The notes beneath the pieces were generated by a model. The model did no database searches. It saw nothing but the letters and a program-made list of their open reading frames with translations, and was not told where the DNA came from. DNA of 64,000 nt from the human T2T-CHM13v2.0 reference genome, Homo sapiens. Positions 15,801 to 31,547 of this stretch are shown piece after piece. The DNA is taken from NCBI RefSeq assembly GCF_009914755.1, contig NC_060929.1. The stretch is one strand, 5' to 3'. Position 1 is the first letter of the stretch; each line of letters begins with the position of its first letter. The translations under genes were made by a program, and so were the position numbers.

Positions 15801-16087
15801 GGCTGGATGTGGTAGCTCACAACTGTAATCCCAGCACTTTGGGAGGCCAAGGTGTGAGGATTGCTTGAGCCCAGGAGTTCAGGACAATCCTAAGCAACAT
15901 AGTGAAACCCTGTCTCTCTAAAAAATACAAAAATTAGTCAAGTGTGGTGGCATGTGCCTGTAGTCCCAGCTACTTGGAAGGCTGAGGTGGGAGGATGATC
16001 AAGCCTGGGAGGTTGAGGCTGCAGTGAGCTGTGATCATGCCACTGCACTCTAGCCTTGGCAACATAGCAAGACCCTGTCTCAAAAAA
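15801..16087 (+). mobile_element. AluJ
   Basis: aggattgcttgagccc, caacatagcaagacc. Confidence 0.92.
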
Positions 16088-16987
16088 CAATGTAGGTTTT
16101 AATGCAAGTTATTTTGTTTCTATAACTTGGAATGATGAGTTCTGCACAAGTAAAGTCACATGATTTCACTTGGCTGTCTTCTTATCAACTGAGGTTTCCT
16201 TACTTCTCCCTTCTTTCCTAGGACCAGGCACCATTCCGAGTTTCTTCTATAAACCAGGTACTCTGACCATCCTCATTTTACAAGTGGAGACACTGGAGCA
16301 TTGGAAAGTTAACTATCTCTACTAAGTTATGAAGCCAGGATTTTAATCCAGGTAGTCTAGGGCCAGAGCCTGTGTTCTTAACCTTCATGCTATGCTGAGT
16401 CTCAATATGACATGAAGCAAGTCATTTCTATCAAGACCCCTTCATGTTTTAGGTAGGCAGGTCTGTATGAGAAGCACATGAGAACTCGTGCGGTTCTTGG
16501 TTGTCTGGTAGCACAGCGGGGCATATACTCTTGTTAAAGACATTAGTCTGTCTTTCAATACTGGAATCTTGGGCTCTACTCCAAGAACCCCAGTCTGTCT
16601 GACCCTTTTCTTAGACCATATACCACCTAAAGTCCCTTGAATTATTTAAAACTTGAAGTCATACAGATTCCCCACTTGCCCCACACTCATGCCTTCTTCC
16701 ACAAAGTCACACAGATTTGTGTTCTGAGGCTTTAATTAACTCTCCTGACCAGGTTAGACCTTCCCAAAGAACTTTATTATTTGGTTCTGCTCCATCCCCC
16801 ATTAATTTATTCATGCATTCATGTATTCACGTATGCAAGCAACCCAATGTTTGAGCATTTACTATGTGCCAGGTACATGCTAGGTACTGGGGATATAGTC
16901 ATTAATAGGATAGACAGCTCTCAGCACCTTGAAAGTGGTTATAGTCCCGTGTCCCAGAGAAAAAGTCTGGGGAGTAGGATCACCTGC

Positions 16988-17365
16988 TGATATGGTTTGG
17001 ATTTATGTCGCTGCCCAAATCTCGTCGAATTGTAACTACCAGTGTTGGAGGAGGGGTTTGATGGGAGGTGGTTTGATCATGGGGGTAGATTTCCCCCTTG
17101 CTTTTCTCATGATAGTAAGTTCTCATGAGATCTGGCTATTTAAAAGTGTGTAGCACCTCCCCCTTCACCTTCTTCCTCCTTCTCCAACCATGTAAGACGT
17201 GCCTGCTTCCCCTCCACTTTCTGCCATGATTGTAAGTTTCCAGAGGCCTCCGTAGCCATGCTTCTCATACAGCCTATGGAACTGTGAGTCAGTTGAACCT
17301 CTTTTCTTTATAAATTACCCAGTCTCAGATACTTCTTTACAGAAATGCAAGAATGGACTAATACA
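16988..17365 (+). mobile_element. MSTA solo LTR
   Basis: tgatatggtttgg...ggactaataca; TSD cctgc/cctgt. Confidence 0.88.
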
Positions 17366-17545
17366 CCTGTCAAACAGGAAAGCAGGCCCACAATGCCTTG
17401 CATGCTGCATTTCTTCCTGATTTGGCAGATATTTGCAAAAGTGTGTGTTTTCCCCTATACAGGTGAATGTGTTAAAATAATTTTACATCAGTAAAAGCCC
17501 CTCTTCATCAGCCTCCTTGTTTTTTTCCTCCCCTCCCCTTTCCAC

Positions 17546-19135
17546 TGTCACAGGGATCCTTGGGGGGTCTCTTCGCCAGCCAGAAACCTCTGTGGCCAGT
17601 GGTGCCATCTGCCTGAGTATTACTTGCACCCACTGGGTTCATTCTGTCTACTCGGTGTGGCAGGCAGGGCTTGGCTCACGCTAATGGGCTGGATCCACAC
17701 CTGCCAAGGGTGAGCCAGGTGCAAAGCAGTGAGGGGTGTGTGGGTGAGCAAGTGCGGGGTCTGGCCACTGTGCACAGCCAGGCACATTGGCTGCTGTGGC
17801 AAGGCAGGCACCTACAGGCACCAACATAGGTGTTGGCTCTGTGCAAGGCTGTGGCTGGACCAGATGTACTGCATGCAGCTTCTGCTATGGGCACCTGTGT
17901 CTTGATGAGGGGAACGTGGTGGCACCCAGAAGCTTGTAAACACCAGGAACCACAGAACCCCAAAGAGGGCGTCACAGTCCTCGCTTGGGAAACTCTAAGT
18001 CTGGGCTCCCCTAAGGGCTGCAGCTCTTTTCTCCTCGTCATCTACAATGTGGTGAGCAGGGGGCGTGTTCCAGCCCTATTTGTGTTACAACTCTTTCAGT
18101 CCTGTCATTTGGCAGGTCCCGAGTTCTTGTCCCATGTCCAGTAAGAGTGAGGTATACATACAACTGGAGAGTGAGCATGGCAGAGAGGAGCTTCACTGAG
18201 CAGCAGAACAGTTTTCAGGAGACCTGAAATGGGAAGCTCCCATCCGCAGGCGGGTCATCTTGACAAGTGTACAGCTCTCAGTGGAGGGGAGACCTGCAGA
18301 GGGTAGCTCCTCTCTGCAGGTTGGGGGGCATCCTGACAAGTTCATTCAGCTCTCTGCTGAGAGGAGACCCACAGTGGGTAGCTCCTCTCTGCAGACAGGT
18401 CCTCCTGACTTCTGTCAAAGTCTGGTTGAGTTTGGGGTTTTTATGGGCTTCAGAAGGGAGGAAGTGCATGCTGATTGGTCCTTGGGCAGCCATGAGCAGG
18501 CCTGGAAAAAGCACTGTAAGTTCTCACTTGAGTCTGCAGAACTGGCAGCCCGGCCCCCAGGCCATCCCTGGCCTGAAGGTGGGGTTTCACTGGGGACCCA
18601 CCTTTTTTTGGCTGGGAACCTGTCTGCCTCCTGCTGCTGTCCATGGTGCCCAGGCTGTTCATGCTGATGGGTGCCTGCAGGCCCTCACACCTTGCTCAGC
18701 CTCCCTCCTGTGCTTATCAGCACCCAAAGTCCAGAGGAGGCTGAGGAAACAGGAGGCTGGTGTGTCAGCACTACCCTAAGTGTCCTGGGTTGTGACAGTG
18801 CCTGGGCATGGCCTCAGCTTCACTCTGAAATTGGTGCAGGTGCTGAGAGTGAGGAGAGGCTAGGCAGTGGGAGGAGGTGCTTCTGAGCCTGCAGGGGAAA
18901 GGAGCCTTCTCAGGCCCCCAAAAGTGCAGAGATGCCCAGGTCCACAGCTGTGGCTGGGTGGCTGCAGCTGCACCTGGGAGGGTGGGGCTCCCACCCCTCC
19001 AACTCGGAAGGGTTGGAGCTTCTGCCTGTTTCTGGCTTCCACCAGCTCTGTGAAGTGCACAGCCCTGGCTGCATCTCCCCCACTGCAGCCAGTGTCATGG
19101 CAGTGGCTGCTCCAGACAGGCCACTGCTGCTCTCA
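17546..19135 (-). mobile_element. MER52 (MER52A-like) ERV1 solo LTR, ~1.6 kb
   Basis: tgtcacagggatcc...tctca; 4-bp TSD ccac at 17542-17545 and 19136-19139; GC-rich with internal agctcctctctgcag repeats. Confidence 0.85.
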
Positions 19136-19444
19136 CCACTCTCTACTCCATCAAACTTTATTCATTTAGTGTATACCTTTCCATATCTTTCTTCCATGCA
19201 TTTATAAACAAATATGAATATATCTTGTTTGAAAAGAATTTATAATGGTATACAATATTCCATAAATGCTAATTGGTGGATGGAATCATTTTCACATGTG
19301 TTTCTCTCCAGTTTGCTTGCTTCCTTCCCTGATTTCTGTACCTTTTCCAAGTAGAGTGGCTAGGCAGATAAGGAGAGTAATGTCTCTGAATTCCTGTTGT
19401 TTCCCATCAGCCATGTTGACTAGATGTGGCCATAAGAGTTTGCT

Positions 19445-19804
19445 GTGTTAGTCAACTCAGGCTGCCATAACAAAACATTATAGGTTGGGTGGCTAAAAGA
19501 ATAGAATTTTATTTCTCATGGTTCTGAAGCCTGGGAAGTCCAGCATGGTCAGTTTCTGGTGAGGGCTCTCTTCCTGGCTTGCAGACAGCCACCTTCTTGC
19601 TGTGTCCTCACATGGTGGAGAAAGAGAGAGTTCAATCTCTCTCTCTTTTTTTTATAAAGATCCCAGTCCTATTCAGTTAGGACCTCATCCTTATGGTTTC
19701 ATTTAACTTCAGTTACCTCTTAAAGACCCTATCACCTAATAGTCATTTTGGGGGTTAGGACTTCAACATGTGGATTTTGGGGAGACACGACTCAGTCCAT
19801 AGCA
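19445..19804 (-). mobile_element. MLT1A0-like MaLR LTR
   Basis: gctgccataacaaaa, ggtgagggctctcttcctggcttgcagac, tcagtccatagca. Confidence 0.85.
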
Positions 19805-21014
19805 TTGTCCATGATGTCTGTACATGCCTCAGGGCAACCATATACATAGCTGGGCTGCTCCAGTGCACCTAGCTCAGGGCTCTGCCCCCAGTGGGCACTC
19901 TTTAGGTTTGTTGACACATGCGCTTCTTAGATTAGAACTGCTCCTTGCCCTGTGTCTTGAGATAAGCTGAGGGCATCCCAATGGCCTCCATCCCTAGCAT
20001 TCCATTTGAATTAGTGGAAATTTCAGCTACCACTTTGTGAATGGTTCCAGGTGTGCAGGCATGGGGAGACCAAGATAGCTGGAAAGCCAAGCTTAAATGT
20101 TAAATCAAGCTTGGGGTGGAGGGCAGTTATCATCACCTAAGGATCTAGGAATAGGGAATAGTACCATCATGGGATGACTCAGGCCTGTTAAAAACAGGGG
20201 GATAGGCCTATGTCTTGATGAATCAAGTGGCATGCCAAAGCCAGTTAATTAACCTCACACTTCAGCTCAAATCTTGGTTAGTTTTAAAGGCTCAGAAGGA
20301 CAAAGAAGCATATAGAAAAGGATATGGAGTCCCCACGGAGTTACTGAGAAGAGAGAACTGTTCACTGGGAGATTTGAGGGCCAATTAAGGCGATTTCAAA
20401 GAAGAAAACTGTCAAGTGGCCACACAGGATTCTGTCGTGGGGATTCTGAGTCACTAGGATGCTGTGAGACATGTTTCTGTAGTGGTTTAGATGCTAGGAT
20501 GAGAGTGTGAAGCAGGGCTTCGGGGTAGATGGAATTGGAGGATGTTTGTAGAAGTATTGGGAGGGAAATGAGCTCCTGGCTTGATATGGCATGAATACTT
20601 GCAAGACACGTCAAATATGAAGACTGCATATATTATCTAGAAATGAAATGTCATTCTGTCAAATGAAATGACAGAACCATATGGCAAGTGGGACGGCACA
20701 GGTAGATCTGCAAAAACCAGAAGGTTGGTTGAGAGTAGGCAGAGGACCAAGACTGTGAGGCTAGTAACCTGCTCTCATTGTGGGGTGACTTCTGTCAGCC
20801 ATGAATGTGGACAGTTGTTCAGCTTGAGAAATTCATATTTGGTAGCTACACTGTGGAAAATCACTGTGCATCATCAGGCAGTGAGGAAAGAAGGTACCAG
20901 AATGGTTATAATCCTAGACCTTGTAATCAGACAACCTCCAGGACTTTCTGAAGGCTAGTTATAATTTCTCCAAGCCTCAGTTTCCTTATCTGTAAAGGTG
21001 GATAAAAATAGTAC

Positions 21015-21064
21015 TGATATGGTTTGGCTGTGTCCCCACCCAAATCTCATCTTGGGCCAATACA
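21015..21064 (+). mobile_element. THE1 LTR remnant (internally deleted, both termini kept)
   Basis: tgatatggtttggctgtgtccccacccaaatctcatcttg + ..aataca; TSD agtac both sides. Confidence 0.85.
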
Positions 21065-21102
21065 AGTACCTACCTGTTAGGGCTTTCAAAAGGACTAAAT
21101 GA

Positions 21103-21391
21103 GGCCAGGTGCACTGACTCACACCTATAATCCCAGCACTTTGGGAGGCTGAGACAGGAGGATGGCTTGAGCCCAGGAGTTCAAGACTAGCCTGGGCAAC
21201 ATAAAAGACCTTGTCTCTACAAAAAATAAAAAAATTGACCTGGCACAGTGTCATGTGCCTGTGGTCCCAGCTACTTGGGAGGCTCAGGTGGGAGAATCAT
21301 CTGAGTTCAGGAGGTTGAGGCTGCAGTGAGCTATGATCACACCACTGCACTGCAGCCTGGGTGATGGTGAGGCCCTGTCTTAAAAAAAAAA
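21103..21391 (+). mobile_element. AluJ
   Basis: J diagnostics; TSD gactaaatga. Confidence 0.92.
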
Positions 21392-22311
21392 GACTAAATG
21401 AAGAAATGCCTGGAAAGGGCTTAGATCATGGTAAGTGCTTATTAAATGTTAGTTATAATTATCACAGTTAAGCAATATAATTTGTGTCCTTATAAGGAAG
21501 AACATTCAGTTTCTCATGTCAGAAAGAATAGACAGTGAAGAAGGAAATAAACAGAACACAGGTGCACTTAAATGGATTTTGACCAAAATCTTGCAGAAGA
21601 GAGCATAGGAGAGTTTTCAAGCTATGTTAGAAGTGTTTATCAAGTTCAGAAGTGAGATTGAGTGACATGGGTCTGGGAAGGTTGAAAGGGAGGAAAAAAA
21701 AGAAAATGAATTTTATATCCCTGTTATCTTGACTGTCAGTAGCCTGTGTAAAGCACCCATTGTGTGCAGTGTGCCCCATTAGATATATAGGATTGCACAG
21801 ATATAGATGAGCTGACCTCTCCTCACATGGAGTTGACCATACATGTTGTCATGATCAGTAAAACAAGTGTAGTAATGATATAAGAACTAAACACAGCAAA
21901 TGGGCAGGATCACAAATCTAGCACAGGCCTGACTGTATCCAGCTGAAGGCACATCACCTCAGGGACTTCATACATCTCTCTGATAAGTTGCATACCCGCT
22001 TCTTGTACTGTGCTTTTCTAGATGCTCTAGGAAATTCGCAGCCTTATCCCTGATTTTAGTGTTGTTTTGGAAGGTAACTGGGGAGCCTATTTAGGAAGCT
22101 TTGATGATAGTCCAGGTAATAGGAGATAAGCCCAAATGGGGACAGTGGGATTGGAGAACAGAGAGCAGGTGCAGAAGCTGGTGATATTACATTGGTAAAT
22201 ATCAGTAGGACCCAGCAAGAATGAGGGATAAAGGGGCACGTGCTGCAGTTCTAGCCTGGGTGACCACAGAGTCCTATTCGCAGAGCTTGGGAGACACTGG
22301 AGGAATTTGGA

Positions 22312-22502
22312 CCAGTGGTTCTCATGTTCTATAGTGTTTAGGAGTCAACTTTGGAGATTGTTAATGCAGATTGCTAGGATCCACCGCAGGCCTACCGAAT
22401 CTGAATCTCTAAAGTAGACCTGGAAATCTGCCTTTTTAGCAGGAACCCCAGAGGATTCTGATGCAGGTGGTCTGCAGATCACGCCTTGAAAAATGCTGGT
22501 CT
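22312..22502. mobile_element. MER5A/B hAT element
   Basis: cagtggttctca...aatgcagattgct...gattctgatgca. Confidence 0.7.
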
Positions 22503-24013
22503 AGAGAAAATAAACATCTTAGCTTCGGTCCTCCAGAAAGCAGAGTCGGAGGCAAGGACCCTGGTGCTAAAACTTCATCTGGGAGGTGAAATCGCAGGGT
22601 GAGGGTGTGTGGGGCACAGGGAGAGACAACGGGATACATGAATTTCTTTCATTTTCTTTTTTTTCTGCTGGCTATCATTTCCAAATAAGCCATGAAGGAT
22701 CAAGCAGGTCACTCAGCATGCAGGGCTCTTCCAGACAATTTACTGGAGGAATCCGGCCTTAGCATAGCGGGAGAAAGAAGGAAACAGGAATCCAGCTCTT
22801 TCCCACTCTGCCCCTGCTCCTGTTTCTCATTGGTAAAGCACTCTTTGGGGGCTCAGGGTTGTATCACCCATCCTCTCAGTGGCCTCTCAGGAAGCTGGAC
22901 CTCAGACCATTAGGGGTAGAGGGGCAACCAGGACAGATGGGATCCTGGCCTAGAGAGAAAGGAAGAAGGAAGCAGCGGAGGGTGTCTGAGAAGGTACACA
23001 GACTTGTTTCCAAAGAGAGTAAAGAAGTGACGCTGGGAAAGGTAGATTTTTTTTTCAGTTCTGTAAGTAATTACAGTTTTGAAGTTGAATAAGAAAGTAG
23101 GGAACTTGTCTAAATAGAGTTATATTAACAATGGGAATAAGAAAGGAAGCCTAGAATTTGTACCCATCGTACATTTTCTTTAAATTTTTCTTTATTTGTA
23201 TTCCTTTCTTCAGAACAACTTCCAGTAAAAGAAGGCACTGAGGTTTAAGTGCTACGTGGGAGCAGTTGCCGATTTTTGCAATGGGAGGCTGCATAGATTC
23301 AAGGTATCACTTGTTTATTTTATATCCTGAATTAACTTTCCACCTTCCCAGTCCAAAGTTCTAACAAAAGATTTCACTTGGACTAGAGAGCAAATGATTT
23401 TGTGACTCTCATCCAAAATCCCACAGCTTTTTCTCTGAAGACCTGTAAGTTCCTAAGACACTCTAAAAGGAATATAAAAATAATAATTGTAATTCTTAAG
23501 GAGTGCCAATTACATACTGGATTCCAGAGAGTAATAACTTTGCTTAAGGTTTACGTGAAGCTTTCCCTCTGTGTGTTACCAGAACTTGGCTAACATTATA
23601 TGCTGGCAAATGGCATTAATCTGTCACAGAAATAGGGGGAATTTAGTCACAGGAAGTTTAAATAACTGATCATGTCCTACAAGGCATTGCCAAGAAATGG
23701 ACAATTAGATTTACTTTCCACTACCATCCTGAACCATGTAAAAATATCTTGGGTGGCTGCGAGATCGGATTCTAGGAAGAAATATCCCTTGGCTCTCGTA
23801 AAGATGTTGATAACTCAGTTGTGAGAAATTGATTTTAGCGGGTGTGTGTGTGTGTGTATGCATGTTTGCTTGGGGACAGGGTGTAAAAAAAAAAATAGCT
23901 GTTTTTAATGCAGTCGAACTATGTGTGAGGATAGGTTAGAGGATGGGTGACGACGGATAGGTGATTCAGGGTTTCAGTAGAAGTTAAAGGATGGAGAAGT
24001 GAACAACGTGTAG

Positions 24014-24311
<298 letters not shown>

Positions 24312-24529
24312 AACAATGTGTAGATTCTTAAGTGCCCATAGGTAATGTGGAATCAAGAAGTAAAGAAAAGTTTTGAGCAAAAAAGGAAAGGGCAAAATAG
24401 AGAATAGAAAGAAATGAGAAGGTAGTGTCAAGCAAAGAAACGGAAGGAGAGACAAACTGCTGTAGGAGGTGAAAGTAATCCACTCAGGGAATTATTGGAA
24501 GAGATACATGCCTTGTAAAAAGAAAAGCA

Positions 24530-24829
<300 letters not shown>

Positions 24830-25219
24830 TGCTGTTTACTAGCTGCATGTTTGAGAGAGAGGTTGGTTATTGGTGACTGGGTCTGTAATGTTTAGTCAAA
24901 AAGGTTTTATTGAGCAACAGCCTCATACAAGGCATTGAGGCAGCAAGGGGAAGAAGAATTTGCCTCTTGCTTACTATGTGCTGTCCTTCCTCCCTGGACC
25001 TCCAGGTACATACCCACTTAGAGAAAGAAAGTCAGCAATGGTGGTTGAACAGGATGTGTTGTCTCCAAGGTCTCTTCCACCTCTATAATTCTTTGACTCT
25101 GGCCGAGGTCTCCATGGCTCCACAGAGGCTTTAGCAAGTGTGTTCTTGGTAGGCTGGATCTCTGTTAGATTGAATAGTTGTTGTTTTAACTTCTGCCTCC
25201 TGATCTTATTGCTACCAGA

Positions 25220-25775
25220 TAGGATGATTTTAGTTGCAAATGGACAGAAAACCTAACTGAAGCCAGCTTAAGCATAAAAGGAATTCATTGGCTTACAATA
25301 CTGAAAGGTCGTGAGTGGATTCATTCAGCAATAGCTTAATCCTGGACCTCAGATGCTATTCCAGTGCTTTTTGTGTGTGCGTGTGTGTGTGTGTCTCTCT
25401 CTCTCTCTCCCCCCCCTTCCCGTGGGTTGTCTCCATTTTCAGGTCTGCTCCTTCCTATGGCAGCAAGATGACTGCCACACCTCCAGTCATCACCTTTCAA
25501 TCCCCAAATTGCACAGAAAAACATAGCTACCCAAGTGTGAGCTCCCACACACGTCCTGAGCGTCATGCTGATTGTACTGGTTCAGGGCAAACACTCATCC
25601 TTGAATCAGACACTGTGGCCAGAGGGATTAAATTGATCAGTACTGGGCCACATGCTCCTCCCTGGAGCCCGAGGTATAGCCCTGCCTGAGCCTTGAGCAC
25701 TGGGGAGTTTGGGATGACATAACTAGGAGACAGGGAAATGGATTCTGGGGAGCCAAAAATTAATACTGGGCTACC
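25220..25775. mobile_element. LTR33-like ERVL LTR with internal (TG)n(TC)n
   Basis: gttgcaaatggacagaaaacctaact...aggaattcattggct; ggcagcaagatgactgcc. Confidence 0.6.
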
Positions 25776-26777
25776 CCAGGCTCTGTGAAACCTGGGAAGA
25801 GACATGAGGTTCTGATCCAAAAAACAACAGGAAAAGGCCAGAGGGGCAAGAAAGAATCCTGATCCAGAGATGACCCCAGGATTGAATGACAGGTCCAGAG
25901 TGGCAGCTCACTGCCCACTCAGGCTGCCCTTTGTTCCGGGCACTGAATCAGGGATTTTGGATGACCCTGGTACATAGTTACTTCCAGGAGATTACGGAGG
26001 GGGGGAAATACTCCACTTCCTGTTTAGGATTACACTCTCAACCCTCCCCTCCCACGCAAGCCATATGTTCATTCTAAGCCGCAGCTTCCAGCCAAAAAAG
26101 CCCTTTGTGTTTTCTTGGCAAAACTGGAGCCCAGTAATTAAAGTCCATATGCAAAGCTGCTCCCTCCAGCCCACACCAAGTTCTTTTAATTAGTATGTAA
26201 TTGGTCAGAGAGGTACTATCAAATAGCTCCCAGTTTGGCCGGCTGGAAATGCAGTGTTTGAAAAGTCCCAGACCAGAGAGGGATAATAAATGCTTTAAGT
26301 CCCATCTGTTGGAATGATTTGTTTAAGGTATAAATCGCTGTTCTGTTACTATTTTTAACAATTCTGCTTGTAGCATTTCTTCAAATATGGTAACAACTAC
26401 CAGAGTATTTATTGGAGGTAGGAGTATGAGTAAATGAACTAGAAGAAGGCTGAGCAAATCCATGTTTTCCCTTCAAAGAAATTCATATAATGCAGTGGAG
26501 GTGGGGAGACAAAGAGGTGAGTTGGGCATTTGGTTAACTATTTGTGGTTTTCACAATGAAGAGCTCCTATCGCCCATTAACCTTGCTCCAAACACACCAT
26601 GTGTGAGAGAGTCTGTGGTGATGTGAAGAAAGACTTTGAATGCACCTTGGTAGACAAGGGTCAGCAGTTGCAGAGAAGCAAAAGGAACAAGCAGGAAAGT
26701 GGACACTCCATTGCCCCTAGAAGCCATGGCAATCTAGAGTGAAGCTGGAGTAAGGTTTGAGAAGCAACGGTCTAGGG

Positions 26778-27249
26778 CAGGGGTCCCCAAACCCTGGGCT
26801 GCAGACCCTGTTAGGAACCGGGCAAACAGCAGAAAATGAGCAGTGGGCAGGTGAACATTACCACCTGTGCCCTGCCTCAGTCAGTTCAGTGGTGGCATTA
26901 GATTCTTGTGAGAGCGGAACCCTGTTGTGAACTGCGCATGTGAGGGATCTAGGTTTTGTGCTCCTTATGAGAATCTAATGCCTGATGATCTGTCACTGTC
27001 TCCCATCACCCCCAGGTGGAACCATCTAGTTGCAGGAAAACAAGCTCAGGGCTCCTGTTGATTCTATATTATGGTGAGTTGTATAATTATTTCATTAATA
27101 TGTTACAATGTAATAATGATAGAAATAAAGTGCTCAATAAATGTAACGCACTTGAATCATCTCAAAACCATCCCCCCAACCCCCTGGACCTTGGAAAAAT
27201 TGTCTTTTGCAAAACCGGCCCTTGGTGCCAAAAAGGTTGGGGACCACTG
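26778..27249 (+). mobile_element. MER1A (hAT-Charlie)
   Basis: caggggtcccc...aaaaggttggggaccactg; 8-bp TSD gtctaggg/gtttgggg. Confidence 0.9.
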
Positions 27250-27283
27250 GTTTGGGGATCTTTAAAATTCCTTCCAGCTCTGA

Positions 27284-27621
<338 letters not shown>

Positions 27622-27679
27622 TATTATTCTTATAGTCGTAGTGATAATATAATAACAGTGCCACCATCATCATCGCGGC

Positions 27680-27930
27680 TGCCAGCTTTTACTGCATGCT
27701 CACTATGTGTCCGGCACTATGCTCAGTGTTTTACATGGATTGTCTCATCTGAGCTTCACAGCCAACTCTGAGGTTGCTACTATTGCTCTGCCTGTTTCAT
27801 AGATGAGGACACTGACAGGTTTACTAACTTGCTCAAGGTCACCACATAGTAAGTGGCAGAGCTGGTGTGTGACCCCCCCGGCCATCTGACTCGAAGCCTG
27901 CGTTCTTACCCACCACGCTTGCCACCTTCT
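27680..27930 (-). mobile_element. MIR
   Basis: tttcatagatgaggacactga...acttgctcaaggtcac. Confidence 0.75.
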
Positions 27931-28089
27931 GCCCAGCATCGCGGAGTACCTGGGTTTTGCTTGATGAAAACGCCATGGAATCAGGAAGCTGGTGGAAGGA
28001 ACGTGGCTGAGCCCCTTCCAGGTTCTTTTTGTTCAGTTAGCCCCTTGGGCAAACCTGTAGGAAAAAACTTATATTTCAGAACAAAAAAT

Positions 28090-28762
<673 letters not shown>

Positions 28763-30651
28763 GAGGTTTAGAAGCATAGACGGCTATGTGACATGGTTCT
28801 CTAGGAGAACGAGTCGGAGGTCCGTCTCAGCACCTTAACTTCCCAGCTGGCCACTTCTAGGTGTGGAATTGAGGAAGTGTTGCCACAGCCCACAGGTGCA
28901 GGTGAGAATGTGCGCCTGTGTTGAGGAGGCTGGGGGAGGTGGATGGAGCATTCGGCTCCATGGCCTTGGATGCGCAGACTTGTGGGGCCTTTCTCACTCT
29001 GCTTTTGTGTGGCCAGACCCCTAAGCACTGGACTCCTGTTCCCTCCAGGGACCTCTCTCCTGCTGTCTCCTCACTCTCTGCTTCTGAGAGTAAGAGATGG
29101 GGCCTATTTTTGCTCTGTCTGCCCTCCTTCCCAGGAGGCTGAGAAATAACTTGGACTGAGGCCTGCCCCATTGAAGAAGGCCTGACAGTTCTTTTTTTGC
29201 CCACTTGTCATGTTGTCTGTCTGTTCATTCATTCCCATTCATTCTCTCCAGGGTCCACCCTTACCCTCCTCTGGCTGGAGAGGACTGGGAGAGTGGCCTA
29301 GGTTTACTCCGTTCTAGGCATTGGGTCCGTCGCCCCATTTGTCTTGCTTGTTCTTCTTGCTGGTGTGTTGTGGTGGCTGGCTCTGGGTGGAGGCACAGAT
29401 TTGGGTCTGGGGGTGGGCATTCAAGAAAACCCCTTGGGGCACTCAAGCCTCGCTAGCTCCAGTGAGGGAGCTCGCAAGCCAGCCAGTGTTGCTGGGGTTC
29501 TACTCAGAGCCAGAGGCCAACCAGCCAATAATAAGGTGTTACTTTGCCTTGCTCTGTCCTCCTTGCACCCCTTTCCCTTGGGGCCTCATGGGGAAGGGTG
29601 GCTGATTTGTGGTAGGATTTGGGTTTTCTGTGTCCTGGCCAGTCCCTTCATGATGCCCTGTTACTCTCACTCCTGCAGACTCTGTGTGCCTATGAGTGAT
29701 GAGCAAACTTTGTTAGGTGAGTGGGGTCCAGATGGAAAATGATGGGAAAAACCATGCTAATGTCATGATGCATTGAACAGGAAAGCCACTGATGGAGATG
29801 AAAGCATTTGTGTAAAGTAGCCTGGAAGCCTGGAAAGGGAGGGGAACTGTGGGAATTGACGGGAAAGGGAAGTCAGAAGGCCTGGCTTCTAGATGGAAGT
29901 CCTGTTTGAAGGGAAAATTAGTGATGCTTAAAATACTATGTTTAACATAAATTAAAGGGGATTTTGACTAGAATCTGGAGTAAATCTTATTTGTCTGACA
30001 CTTAAATCCTTGCTTCTAGAATGCCCTCTCCTTGCAAAATAACAGTATTTCAGGTTTTGGTTACAATGCTGTATGAATAGATCTTGGTTTAGAAGGGCAA
30101 TTGATCAGCCCCATGTGAGAGTTATTTACAGTACCTTTCCTTTTAGTAACATCTGAAACAAAGGTTGGTTTTTTAAAAAGTCTTTGTAGCATTCCTGACA
30201 AAACTTAAGAGACTTGCCTGATGGCACCGCTACATGCAGTTTGGTTTGTAATCTAGGGACAGTTCCAGCACGCAGAGATTCAGAGTGGGTTTCTTTGTGG
30301 TTTGTCTGCACCTGCCGGAGATCTGGTGCACCTATTAAACTTACAAGGCAGCTATTAGCCACCAACTGACACCAAGATTATAGGTTAAACTCTGAATTGG
30401 TTTAAACGGTGTCATCTGTCCACCAGGGCAGAGAGCAAGGTGGGGGGCATGTGTTTGGCAAATGGTAGGAAGTCACTCCAGCCTGGGGAGGAAAGTCTGA
30501 TTATTAGCAACGGTAACACACAAAGAGGAGCGGGGTTGGGGTGGGCTTGTTGGAAAAGCCTTGAACCTGGAGTCAGAGAGACCCAAGTGTTGAATCCTGA
30601 TTGTGTAACTCTGGTAAGCCTCAGTTTGTCATCTTGAAAATGGGAATGATA

Positions 30652-30977
<326 letters not shown>

Positions 30978-31004
30978 TTACAAAACAGAATTCAATGAAT
31001 TTGA

Positions 31005-31547
<543 letters not shown>

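Noticed and set aside
17620-19207. Dense overlapping ORFs up to 170 aa
   Set aside because: They lie within the GC-rich MER52 LTR, where stop codons are scarce; no gag/pol/env similarity.
28790-29750. GC-richer block with overlapping 70-130 aa ORFs as a possible exon or promoter
   Set aside because: CpG-poor, no recognisable protein and no convincing splice-site pair.
30415-30436. CCACCAGGGCAG as a CTCF site
   Set aside because: Lacks the GGGGGCGC/AGAGGGCAG spacing of the core motif.
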